A DNA stretch of 62,766 nucleotides, counting the filler, from Nemertoderma westbladi (Eukaryota > Animalia > Xenacoelomorpha): the NCBI GenBank assembly GCA_032718475.1. It is 3 parts of 3 records of this genome, joined end to end, with 100 filler letters (N's around TTAATTAATTAA, not from the genome) between each part and the next. Parts side by side here need not be neighbours in the genome. Positions count along the whole stretch, not along the records: positions 31,904 to 57,689 come from JAUCBJ010003822.1; 2 more parts are not named here. The stretch is one strand, 5' to 3'. Below the pieces are notes generated by a model. The model was given only the letters and a program-made list of their open reading frames with translations. It was not told the origin of the DNA and made no database searches. Positions 46,621-57,789 of this stretch are shown here, in pieces. Position 1 is the stretch's first letter; each line of letters starts with the position of its first letter. The translations under genes and the position numbers were made by a program.

Positions 46621-49365
46621 CTATAGCGGGTCTGTGAATCCATAGCGCTGGGGGGGTCGGATATTGCGCCCAGAACGTGTACTTGATTGAGTCCGTTGGT
46701 CCGCGCGTTGTGGTGGGGTCGGTGCGGCGATGTCGGCCCAGGTCGGGGGTGTCACTGGCCGAGGGGCCTCGGGCTCTGGGGCAGCGGGCGGAGCGATTTG
46801 CGGGATAACCGGGGGAGGGCTGGGTAGGATCGGGGTGGGAGTGGGTTGTCCACCTTCCGAGGCGGTGCGTGGGCGGAGGAAGACGCGGTTGCGCCGCTGG
46901 ACGCGTCCACTCTCCTGGCGGACCATGTAGTCGTGGTTTGCCAGCGCCTCAACGACCACGCCTCGTCCCGTCCAATGCTTGGTGGTAGCGTCCTGGACGA
47001 GGACGGGTGTCCCTACGGGTATGACATGGAGGGGGCGGGTGCGGAGGTCGTAGGCTGCGAGGAGGTTGCTTTTAGTCTGTTCGGCAACCTCGTCGAGTTC
47101 CTGGAAGCTCTTCCTCCACTTGGGGTCGAATGAGTTGAAGTGGGCGGGCAAAGCTTCCCGGATATTGCGTCTGTAGAGGAGTTCTGCAGGTGAGCGCCCT
47201 CCATATCGTGGGGTGTTGCGGAACGCGAGTATACCCTGGGCTATAAGGTCGACGTCGTGGTCGGCGCCCCGGACGAGTCGCTTCATCGCCTTGACGGCGG
47301 CTTTGGCATGGCCGTTTGTGCGGGGTAGGTGGGGCGACGACGGGTTTAAGTGAACCCCCCAGTTGTTGAGGACGTTATTCACGGCCTCGGATACGAACTG
47401 TGGGCCGCCATCTGGGTGGAACTCCAGGGGGACTGCTGTGGCGAGGAACAGGAGCCGGAGGTTACGGATGATGGCAGCGGATGTCGTATCGGAACCGAGG
47501 AGGAACAACGTCGGCCAGCCGGTATATTCGTCGGTAGCGACCATGTAGTTGGTGCTGTCGACGACGAACAGGTCGGCGTGGATCCTCTGGAATGGGCGGG
47601 TGGCCTCGGGGTTCCGTTGGAGGGGTTCCGGTGCGTGGGAGGGCAGGGACGACTGGCAGGACTGGCAGCGTTCGATGGCGACGGCGATGTCGTTCGATAT
47701 CGTAGGCCACCAGACCGACCGGGCCGTGCGTTCGCGGGTTTTATTGAGTCCCTGGTGGGCGGTGTGGAGCAGTCGGAGGGTGTTGGGCCGGAGCGCCCCC
47801 GGGATGTAGATCTGCGGCCCACGAAGGATTACTCCATCATGGACCATCAGTTCCGTGCGGTGCTGGAAGTAGGGCCGCATGTCGTCGTTAGCCACGTTGT
47901 GGCGGGACGTCGGCCAGCCGTCCCGGATCGTGGCGAGGAGCGCCACATAGATCGGGTCGACGGCACCGGCTGTCCGGATCTCCTGGAGGCGGGCATCGCG
48001 GTCGTCGATCGTCGGAATGGACTCGGCGAGAGCAGCGGAGACAATAAACTCGCGGTCGTTGTCATCTTCGGCTGTGAGGACGAAGTCGTCCGGAGTGGGT
48101 TTTTTGCGTGGGCAGCGGGAGAACGCGTCGGCGACGAGGTGGCGGGCCCCCTTCTGGTGGCGCGCGGTAAAGTTAAACCGCGAGAGGGCCGTCTTCAGCT
48201 TTAGTAGCCGATCGTTGGTGACTTGGTCGAGTCGTCTGTCATTTAGGATGGGTATTAAGGGGCTGCAGTCGGTGACTAGTTCGAAGTGGTTCAGCCCATG
48301 TAGAAAGTAGCGGCATTTATGAGCCACCCAGGCCGCCCCGAGGGCCTCCAGCTCGGCCATCCCGGACCAGTTCGCCTCGTGTTTGGCGAGTGTTCGGGAG
48401 CCGCACTGGATGGTGAGCCATCGGTTTGGGGCCGGGTCCCACTGCCGGAGGAGGAAGCCGAGGCCGTGGAGGCGCGAGGCGTCAGTCAGTAGTTCAGTCC
48501 GCCTGTCGGGGTGGAACCCTGAGAGGTATAGTGGACTCGACAGCGCGGTCCGGGTTGCCTCGAACGCGTTCTGGTGCTGCGGAAGCCAAACCCAGGCGGC
48601 CCTGTCCGTGTTGAGACTGCGGAGGGGGTCGACGAGTTGGGAGATCTCGGGAGTCGAGTTTCCCAACTGTTGGGCGAGGCCCAGGAAGGAACGGAGTTCG
48701 CGGCGGTTAGTTGGGGCCGGGAAGTGGCAGAGGTCGTCGGTGAGGGCCGGATCGATCCGGTAGTGCCCGTGACTTACGAGGTAGCCCCCGAACCGGACCT
48801 CGGGGAGGCAGTACTGGACTTTGTCGGTGTTCAGCGATACGTTGGCGGTGTCGCAGGCTGCGAGGACGCGGGCGACGGCCTCCGGGTGTTCCTCGGCCGT
48901 GTCAGTGTGGATGATGACATCCTCCACTATCCGCCCGATGTTGGGGACTCCGCTGAGAGCGCGTGCCATCCTCGCGTTAAACACATCGGAGCTGCCGTGC
49001 CACCCCATGGGCATCCGCCGGTAGCGGAAGCGGTCGCGTGGGGTTGTGAAGGTGGTGAGACGGCGGCTAGCGAGGTCGAGGCCCACCTGGTGAAACCCCT
49101 TAAGACCGTCGAGAACGGTGAAGTAGCGGGCCGAGGTGGGAATTCTCGAGACGACGTGGAACGGAGAGGGGGAGAAGTAGTTGGGGCGAACTGTGGCTTT
49201 ATTAAGTTCGCGTAAATCAACCGTTATGTGGATTTTGTTGGGGTCGCTTTTCTTCCGCGTAACGACCATCGGGCTGAGCCACTCGGCCGGGTTGTTCTCG
49301 TCCCCGGCGGGCTCCAAGATTCCCATGGCGATCTGGTCGTCGAGTTCGTATAGGACTGGTTGGGC
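46621..49365 (-). pseudogene. Gypsy pol (RT, RNase H, integrase), out of frame with gag-PR
   Basis: WLSPMVV, VDLRELNKA, LDGLKGFHQV, MPMG, IVEDV, TDASRLHGLG, HTAHQG…CQSC, HADLF, DGGPQF, NGHAKAAVK. Confidence 0.88.
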
Positions 49366-51053
49366 TGGGCGCCGGGGGTGAGGTTGATGGTGAGTTCCCC
49401 TCCCGCCATGACTCGGCACTGCCCTGACAGTGGGCGGGGGAAACGGCGGTGTAGGGCTTCCCAGTCGGAGTGGGCGGATGCTACTGGGGGTGCCGGAGCG
49501 CCCGGTGGGGGTGACGGTGTGTTGGCGTTGGGTTTGGGTGGCCCAACCGGGACTGGTGGCTGGCCATCGGTGGGTGGCGGCGGCGTGATTGGCTTGGTTT
49601 GTTCTATAACCATGTGGTTCGTAATTGCCGCCAAGTTGCCACCGCGGAGTATCGGACTCCGCAGTACTCCCAGGGTGAAACATACCCTTCGGGAGAGGAG
49701 GGGCTGTTGCAACCCGTCGAGCACCCATAGGTCGGTGGTGCACACAGTTCCGAGGGCGGTGCACTGAAGGGTGGCGTTAAATATCCCCTTAAAGGTCCAC
49801 CCGAGGCGGCTCCCATTGGCGAGGCGGGGTGCCAGCGGGGTCTCGGAGTCCTTGTGGCTCATCATCGGTTGGCCGTCGGGGTGGCGGAGGTTCTCGTGGC
49901 AGCCTCCGAACGCCCTGTAGATCCGCCAAGGGATGGTGGTCACGTTGGCTCCGGAGTCCGGGAGGAACTGCAGCTCCGGGATACCGCGGGTCGGGTCCTT
50001 GGTGACCTGGAAGCCGATGGTCACGGTTTCGAGGGACTCGAGTCTCTCCATGGCCGAGACATCCGGGATGGAGTCCAGGTCGAGTCTGTCCAGGATCGTG
50101 GACCAGACCTGGGCGTTGTGGGCGGACTCGTGGTCGTCCCGTCCGTTGTCGGGTTCCTGGGTGGTGTAGTTAGTCCGTGGGTTCGGCGTTGGGCGGCTGC
50201 AGCACATTCGGTCGTAGTGGCCGACTTGGTTGCAGTGGCGGCAACGGGCCGTAGCGCCCGGACAACGTTTGCCGGCCTGGTGTGGGGGGTAACCGCACTG
50301 AGGGCACTTGGAGGATGACTTCGGTTGTCGCTCCTCGTGGACCGGGCCCTGTTGGTAGCGCCGGGGTGCGGCTGTAACGCGGGTGACGGCGGCGGCGGGG
50401 TTCGAGGGCAGGGCGAGCGATGCGGCGTCCTTGCGCGCTGCCCAGACGGCTTGGGCGAGCCGCAGTGCGTCGCCGAGGGAACAGTCGTTGGGGAGACGGA
50501 GGAGTTGCTCTGTAACTTCTTTGTCGCCGAATCCCGCAGTGAACTGGTCCAGGAGGCGGTCCTCTTGGTGGGCCTCCTTAGTGGCGAGCGCGGCGAAGTC
50601 GCACTTGGCGGCCAGGTCCCGGAGGGCGACGAGGAAGGACTCCGGACTCTCCTCGGGGAGGCGGTGACGTCGGGCCAACTGCTGCCGGTAAACCCGTTGG
50701 TTGGTCCCGCCGTCGATGTGCCGCCCCAACTGATCGATGACGTCCTCCGAGTTCGCGTTTTGTTCGGTAGTAAGGGCGAGCCCCTTTACTGCCGCGTTAG
50801 TGGCGCGAGAGAACGCTGTAGTGAGCGCGGCGCGACGTAGACAGAGGGTGGATCGACGTAGGTCGTTGGTGACGGCAGCATCCGGGGGATTCGCCGGGTC
50901 GGAGGTGAAGAGGTTGAGGAATCCCGATGTGGCGAGGAAGGTGTCCCATTCATCCTTCCAGAGGTCCCACGTTGCCTTCTCCGACTCGATGTCGAAGGCG
51001 GGCGGGGAGCTTCGCAGGATGAAGGTGTGGGGGTTGCGTGGATCTGTCGCCAT
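49224..51053 (-). CDS. Gypsy gag-protease
   Basis: ATG at 51053, just downstream of the PBS. Two zinc knuckles, CPQCGYPPHQAGKRC and CRHCNQVGHYDRMC. Protease motif LPDSGAN. Confidence 0.88.
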   Translation of the reverse strand: MATDPRNPHTFILRSSPPAFDIESEKATWDLWKDEWDTFLATSGFLNLFTSDPANPPDAAVTNDLRRSTLCLRRAALTTAFSRATNAAVKGLALTTEQNANSEDVIDQLGRHIDGGTNQRVYRQQLARRHRLPEESPESFLVALRDLAAKCDFAALATKEAHQEDRLLDQFTAGFGDKEVTEQLLRLPNDCSLGDALRLAQAVWAARKDAASLALPSNPAAAVTRVTAAPRRYQQGPVHEERQPKSSSKCPQCGYPPHQAGKRCPGATARCRHCNQVGHYDRMCCSRPTPNPRTNYTTQEPDNGRDDHESAHNAQVWSTILDRLDLDSIPDVSAMERLESLETVTIGFQVTKDPTRGIPELQFLPDSGANVTTIPWRIYRAFGGCHENLRHPDGQPMMSHKDSETPLAPRLANGSRLGWTFKGIFNATLQCTALGTVCTTDLWVLDGLQQPLLSRRVCFTLGVLRSPILRGGNLAAITNHMVIEQTKPITPPPPTDGQPPVPVGPPKPNANTPSPPPGAPAPPVASAHSDWEALHRRFPRPLSGQCRVMAGGELTINLTPGAQPNQSYTNSTTRSPWESWSPPGTRTTRPSGSARWSLRGRKATPTKST

Positions 51054-51108
51054 GTTGTTAATGGGTAATAGTAGGAGTTCGTAGGTCCAGTTTATCGGCG
51101 TGTTCGGA

Positions 51109-51120
51109 AGCACTGCGCCA
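51109..51120 (-). promoter_or_regulatory. Primer-binding site TGGCGCAGT (probably tRNA-Ser)
   Basis: Immediately internal to the 5' LTR and complementary to a tRNA 3' end …CTGCGCCA. Confidence 0.7.
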
Positions 51121-51249
51121 TGACGTATATGAGTAGGGGGGTTTGGTGAACTTAGTATGACGTATATTAATGGTGTTGATATAAGTAAGGAAATAGAACA
51201 AACCAAGCATTAGGCCTAGGTGTACTGTAAATAGCAGAAGTACTACACA
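51121..51249 (-). repeat. 5' LTR (129 bp)
   Basis: Identical to 46310-46438. Confidence 0.95.
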
Positions 51250-52249
51250 CGGCACATAAAGTTATACGCAGGGGAAACTCATGTCTCAAATTCCTTTATC
51301 GGAATTCGCAAGTCCTTGACGAGCCCCTGCGTCGGTTGCTTTGCAACTCACTGATACAGCCGCTTATAGACTTTTCAGCCCCTTGCTGGTATCCGAGTGC
51401 TGCGAGTCGTCTACGTAATCAAGTCGATGCACTCCAACGCAAGTGCATCAGGTTCTGCCTGGGACTTGACTCTCGAGCGCATATTGGTGCTGCCCATTTT
51501 GTAGATATGAACTGGCTTCCAATTACTAAACGTACCCACCAGATAATTCCAACCCACATGTTTAATATCCACGCAAAGACAGCCCCGGCTTATATGCGCG
51601 ACATGGTTATTTTTACTGAACCTTCTTACCTCCTACGTAATGGAGCCGCACATGCTTTACTACCCCAGAAACACACGGTAGCCAGCCACACAGTTGTTCT
51701 CCTCCTACCTTGGCCCATATCTGTGGAATAAACTCCCCAATGCGATCAAAGGAATTAGGAGTGTGGAAAGTTTTAAGCATAAGTTAAAGGATCACTTTTT
51801 AGAACTTTTATCCACCAATGAATTGTCTTCATACAAGTAACTTATAATTTTTACCATCTATATTTTATATCATTTGACCATCCACATTAACTCAAACAAA
51901 AGATTGAAGATCCATTTTTAGAATTTTTATTTAATAGTAAATGTTTTTATATTTTTGTTTTATACATTATTTTAGAATTTTTATCCTGCACGACCTTATA
52001 CCTTTTATTCTAAACCCCAATCTACAGGACCCCTGTGGCAATGAGACTATGTCTCTCAGGCAGAAGACTTATTTATATCCATACTTGTTTTTTCCTCATA
52101 AATATTGGGCTTATTATTTTTTGATGGGATTTCTTTGTAGTTGAATTGTCTAAGTTTTTACACTGAGGCATTAACAGAGGGTACTGGTATTAAATTAATT
52201 ATTTGAATATCATTACTGCATCGACTGCATTTAGTACTACGTTCTGCAT

Positions 52250-52697
52250 TGATTATATTCCTATAAACCATTCCTGGTTTCGCATATTGCACGTATCCAT
52301 AGTTATAAAGATTGCCAGTCTGCGTTTAGGAAATATATTTAAATACAAAACAGGACGAGCGCAACGACGCTTATAATAATTAAGACGAGTACGGCGTTGA
52401 TTATATTCCTATACACCACCTGGCTTTGCATATTGAACGTGCGATTGGAAATAAGTTCGTTCTACCCTTCCGTGGGTGGTACTGTAGATGTCGCGGTTAT
52501 GTATTGGTGGTTGGGAAGGGTGGGGGGGGGGGGGGGGTGGAGAGATTAAAAGGGGTGAACACGTACTGTCCCCCTTTCTTGGATTGATTGGTGGTGTGGG
52601 TAAATTTCTCAAAACCTGATTTTGTGATACAGTCGCTCAATTTTAATTTGTATCTCATAACTGGGCCTCGTGCTGCGCGAAGGCCCCACGAACGTGT
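52250..52697 (+). mobile_element. Helentron-like element (right end) in the LINE 3' UTR
   Basis: Shares the terminal CGTGCTGCGCGAAGGCCCCACGAACGTGT. Internal direct repeat TTGATTATATTCCTATA at about 52249 and 52397. Confidence 0.5.
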
Positions 52698-52982
52698 TGA
52701 TTGGTTGTTATGTGAGTGCTTGCTATTCTAGGCCACATTCTGAATCAACAAGCACTCAATCTCTCAATGTAACTTAGTAGTTTACATTTAAATATTGGCG
52801 GTCTGTCGGTGGCTCTACTCTAACCAACTTACCTAATGAGTGATTGTTTTCAGTGACTGACTGTTACCCCCCTCCATTATGCCTCTTGTGACCAGGGCCG
52901 AATTTAGAGTGGTGGGTGGCATGGGGCCGGGTCAGTGGTGGGGGGCCTGGGCTCAACTGTATACCCTTCAATGAACCTGAAT

Positions 52983-53442
52983 GTAGATGTAAAAATTTGG
53001 AAATTTCCGGAAGTTTCCTACACATTTTTCCGGAAATTTCCTATATATTTTTCCGGAAATTTCCTATACATTTTTCCGGAAATTTCCTATACATTTTTCC
53101 GGAAATTTCCTATACATTTTCCGGAAAATTACTATTTTATTAATTATTTTATTTAGCACATTCTGAAAACATATAGTAAAACACAAGTAGAGTAAACACT
53201 AGAAACAAGGGATTCCTGCTTAGATGTGTTTAGGTGGTTCGTTGTCTTGTCTCCAGTGGTCGTAACTACGGATGAAATTTACTTTTCCGGAAATTTACTT
53301 GAAAAACATATTTCAGGAAAACTCACATCCTTACATGTGGAAATTAGAAATTTGAACGGAAATTTTTGCAATTTTTCGGAACTTTTCCTGAAATTTTTGA
53401 AATTTCCTTGAAAAACACATTTCAGAAAAACTCACATCCCTA
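52983..53442. mobile_element. Decayed hAT-like MITE with TTTCCGGAAA subterminal repeats
   Basis: About 24-bp repeats containing the palindrome TTTCCGGAAA. Right end AAAACTCACATCCCTA, duplicated at about 53332. Left TIR degenerate. Confidence 0.5.
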
Positions 53443-54640
53443 TATTAGACGTGGAAATTAGAAATTTGAAGCATGTTCCTGTTTATATCAGTATAAAAAC
53501 ATCTGATCCAAAAATGCAAGAATTGAAAGTGAAAAAAATAGACTTTCATAAGATACAAAAATATTAGGCGGGATACTTACTGTAAGAATCTCAGGGATAC
53601 ATTACTGTAAAAATCTCAGGATATATACACTGACTGACTGACTGACTGACTGACTGATAATTATCTAGGTTCAGGCACTTCCTGCCTGGCGATTTTGTTG
53701 AAATTTTACAAGTAAATTGCTTTGGTGGTTCATAATCGCGTTACAAAATATCACATCAATTCAATGTGTGGTATTCGATATATTTCGTTTTTTTGAAATT
53801 ATTTTGTCGCGAAATTAAAAGCAATGGTAAAGTAACAACTCCTGCCTGAGCTGCTGCAGCAGCTAGCTGTGTATGAATGGTTGAGTTTAGGGCTGCCTGA
53901 GATAGAATTCCATCAAGGCAGAATTTCTTGACTACACCCCTTCTGCTGCTGGCTGCTGGCTGAGTCTACACATCCTTTATCAGAAAACAGAAAATAGTTG
54001 AGTTGTCAATAAACAAAATAAATTATACCACTGCAGTAGGATTATATTATTATTCCACGAATCATTGGGCTGATTATTTTGTATAGGATATATGTAGAAA
54101 GTTCTTAAAAATATTATTCTTATTTTTTTTATTACATACGATTAGCATCATTTTTTAGCTGAAGCATTAATAGTGTAAATTAATTTAATTATATTTTAAT
54201 ACCATTACTACATTGGCATAAGATAAGTTTTAACATTTCTTACAAATATTATAAAACTCAATAGTGGTGCGAGCATAAAACTCAAATCACACAAATTTAA
54301 AAGAACCATAATATCTATCTCCATAAGTTATTCTGTTTGACTGGGTCTGGGTGCGGCTTTGCTTTTGTGCTGATTGAAAGGGGGGTTGAAGGGGGGAACT
54401 GTCCCCCTTTTCACTTTGACTGATTTGCGGTTTTGTAAAATTTCTTGGATATAATTGTTGTGATGCTAAAATTTAATTTGTCTTTGATAATGTATTATTT
54501 TGTTTCATATTGTTTATACCTTAAATTTTCATAATATATTAGTTGAGTTTTTGTTTATCATTTGCTCTATAATATATTATATAATTTGTATTTATTCAAA
54601 AAATTGAATGAAACTGTTATCACTATTATTATCTTACTAC

Positions 54641-55508
54641 TACGGAGCCCCTAAAGGTACATGGGTTTCCCCCTTTTTTTCTAAGTCCGGCCCGGAGATA
54701 CTACCTCAGGCCCGGAGATACTAAGTCCGGCCCGGAGATACTATCTCAGGCCCGGAGATACTAAGTCCGGCCCGGAGATACTAAGTCCGGCCCGGAGATA
54801 CTAAGTCCGGCCCGGAGATACTAAGTCCGGCCCGGAGATACTATCTCAGGCCCGGAGATACTAAGTCCGGCCCGGAGATACTATCTCAGGCCCGGAGATA
54901 CGCTGCCATCTCATACAGTTACTATAGTTTATGGGGTAGCCAATACTTCAAAGCTGCTTGTCATACTCATATCATCTCATTCAGGCCTTTGTGAGTGACC
55001 GTGGCCTATTTGTTTCGGTTTACATACACCTCTGTTGCAGTTTAACTTTACGCGGCTATTCAGCCATTGCCTCCAAATAATATGGAATGTTCTTATTATT
55101 GGTAGTTCATTTCTGTAGCCGTAGAAGGGTATTATCATTAAGTAAATGCCCGTTGGTAGGTCGGCTTTTATTCAAAGGCACGGGGGTCATGCCTCCCTCC
55201 AGATATGTAATTACTTTGTATTGTGCTGTGTTAACAATACTCTTGTGACTCCATATTAAATATCTCACAAATTGAAATGTGAAACTTAATTTCCATATTC
55301 CCGTCAAGATGTCTGTACTTGTAGAACAGCCATTGATCTGGAATTAACCCAGTTAGCTGATTGGCTGCAATTTGTTTCTGTTGATTGCTGTGTCAGCGCT
55401 ATAACATCTATGAACCTGTTCTGTATTTTATCTCCGGGCCTGAGATAGTATCTCCGGGCCGGACTTAGAAAAAAAGGGGGAAACCCATGTCCCTTTAGGG
55501 GCTCCGTA
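54641..55508. mobile_element. IS3EU-type non-autonomous DNA transposon, 868 bp
   Basis: TIR TACGGAGCCCCTAAAGG… / …CCTTTAGGGGCTCCGTA. 6-bp TSD TACTAC at 54635-54640 and 55509-55514. Eleven 20-bp subterminal repeats on the left and two inverted on the right. Confidence 0.8.
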
Positions 55509-56899
55509 TACTACTGTAGAACTACTGGCACTAATGTGGATCAGCTAGGATATTTGCGCTTTGTTTGTGTTTTAGTTTTAGTAACTATAGCTACCCCTTT
55601 CTATTGTTAGTTTTGTTCTATAATGCAGCATTGGTTGATTGCCTTAGCAGCCGGTGTTGTAATATTCGTATGGAAATGGAGTCTGCATTTATAATATAGG
55701 GTGGTTCTAGGGTGGGTTCAGGGTCATCACTCGCTCGGTGTCCTGGTTGTGCATCATGGGCATTTTTTCATAAATATTCGGTAATCTTAAATCTTGTAAA
55801 CGTGCTTGATAATGAAATTATTTGCATCATATTATATTTTTGTTAGTGGTAGCAAAGTTTAATTTTTTATTATGTGGGACGATCGACAAAGTCAGCTAGC
55901 CTCACGCCTTACAGTTTAGACAATTGTTTAGTTTAGGCCTACTTACTAGGCCTACAGCTGACTGACATAGTTCATTTGTAATAGTCTTGGCTAGGATTCT
56001 TCCCCCGGGCTCCTTCCAGCCAGCTTGCTGGCTTTCTAGTTGATATAGCAGTCTTAATTCACCGAGACTAGATATTAATTTGCCGAGATGGGATCTGCGT
56101 CAAGTTGCCATTGCATTTTATATATTATTTATTTGATATGTGGTGTAAGTAGTAATGGTTTACCCTACTTCGGCGACAGTTAGTCCTACTTCGCACCTTG
56201 GGTGTTAAGTAGGTCATTAATTAATCAATCAATTAATTAATTGGTCGATTAAACAATTAATTAATTGTTTAATCAATCGATTTGTATCAAATAATGTTGC
56301 CAAAGGCAATTTAATTTGATACAAATCAATCAGATAGGGGGCGCGAGATGAATAAATTGTACTATAACAAACGAAATATACAACACAATAGGCACTGTGC
56401 AATATAATATACAATACATTTGTATTATTTTTGCCATACAGTAGGTAAAGATAGAATTAAATATAAATTACCCTCACTCAAAAATAAAGTGGACCAGTTT
56501 GGCCCTGAGTCATCCCTCAATAATCTGCGGCCGCTCGGGCTCTTATTAACCGTAGCATGACTAACCCAAACATCAATGCGTGAATGGGGCCTGCGTGAAT
56601 GGGGCCTGCGATAGAGCTTAAATTATTCAAACCCACAGCTTCGTTATTACATCAATTCATTCAAGAAATTAGAATAAACATCTGCTCTTGCAATAGATTG
56701 CATTCTTTCATATTGTACTTTATGAAGCAGTCCACGCGCATAATTAAATAAAACCCTCTTTTAATACATAAGTTATATACAGTTTATCTTCAATTTATTG
56801 AATTTGTTTTTATTTACAACCCTAATTGTTTTACTGTATTATAATTTATGTTTTATAATACCAAGCTATATCCTGTTAATCTTTATTCATTTTATTTGT

Positions 56900-57218
56900 A
56901 CTGAGGTTTTCGAGGGCGCTGTTTCCAATGGTCCTATTCTCAAAACGATCTAACCTACTGTATAATTAATTACTTAAGTCTGTGAGGTATGCGTAAGTAA
57001 CAAATCTCGTTTAACAGTTTTCCTTAAAAACTATGAAGCTATATTGCTTAAGAGTTCTGAGGGGCGAGCCATGAGGCAAGATGTTTGAGACTTTTTTAGA
57101 TATATTATTACTTAATTTTGACCCCCAGATCGAACGAAAACTGCCCTGGGTCCATGTGAGGATTGAACCCACGACCTACTGGAGATGTGAATTCAAAGCA
57201 ACCACTACACCAAGGTGG
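56900..57218 (-). mobile_element. tRNA-derived SINE, same head as 33574
   Basis: The reverse complement CCACCTTGGTGTAGTGGTTGC…GTCGTGGGTTCAATCCTCACATGGACCCAGGGCAGTT matches 33575-33653. The 3' limit is approximate. Confidence 0.7.
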
Positions 57219-57289
57219 AACAGTAACGTTTGAATTTGTTCGTTAACATTCGAATTTGTAAGACTCTGATTTAAGACCTGAGGCACTCC

Positions 57290-57689
57290 CCACAGCCACA
57301 GCCACAACCACAGCCACAGCCACAGCCACAACCACAGCCACAGCCACAGCCACAGCCACAGCCACAGCCATAGCCACAGCCACAGCCACAACCACAGCCA
57401 CAACCACAGCCACAGCCACAGCCACAGCCACAGCCACAGCCACAGCCACAACCACAGCCACAGCCACAGCCACAGCCACAACCACAACCACAGCCACAGC
57501 CACAGCCACAGCCACAGCCACAGCCACAGCCACAGCCACAGCCACAGCCACAGCCACAGCCACAGCCACAACCACAACCACAACCACAGCCACAGCCACA
57601 GCCACAACCACAGCCACAGCCACAGCCACAACCACAGCCACAACCACAACCACTTCCACAGCCACAACCACAGCCACAACCACAGCCAC
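57290..57689. repeat. (CCACAG)n hexanucleotide microsatellite with CCACAA variants
   Basis: About 66 units running into the gap. Confidence 0.97.
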
Positions 57690-57789
57690 NNNNNNNNNNN
57701 NNNNNNNNNNNNNNNNNNNNNNNNNNNNNNNNNTTAATTAATTAANNNNNNNNNNNNNNNNNNNNNNNNNNNNNNNNNNNNNNNNNNNN
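57690..57789. other. Assembly gap with TTAATTAATTAA linker
   Basis: Same 100-bp spacer as at 31804. Confidence 0.97.

Larger units (their letters stand above)
46310..51249 (-). mobile_element. Ty3/Gypsy LTR retrotransposon, Mag-like, 4940 bp
   Basis: Identical 129-bp TG…CA LTRs. 5-bp TSD CGGCA at 46305-46309 and 51250-51254. PBS, PPT (AGGAAAGAAG) and gag-PR-RT-RH-IN order. Confidence 0.95.
39480..52770 (+). mobile_element. Host CR1/L2-group (Crack/Daphne-like) LINE, degraded, split by several insertions
   Basis: Colinear ORF2 pieces at 39480-39755, 41762-41908, 45278-46309 and 51255-51840 (WITPEI, YKRLRNDV, KELWKELKSLG, DFQKAFDTVDH, YADD, LCNSLIQP). 3' UTR hairpin at about 52027. CAATCT-type tail at about 52757. 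Outer limits are approximate. Confidence 0.8.

Noticed and set aside
49340-49380. Programmed ribosomal frameshift between gag-PR and RT
   Set aside because: The shift lies after the protease, where conserved pre-RT residues seem to be missing, and I see no clear slippery heptamer. A deletion is more likely.
46730-51084. Numerous overlapping and antisense ORFs within the Gypsy
   Set aside because: Expected from stop-codon scarcity in GC-rich coding DNA; no independent motifs.
57176-57689. Poly-WL and poly-VA ORFs; possible telomeric repeat
   Set aside because: These are translations of a (CCACAG)n microsatellite. The unit is not TTAGGG-like and abuts an internal gap.
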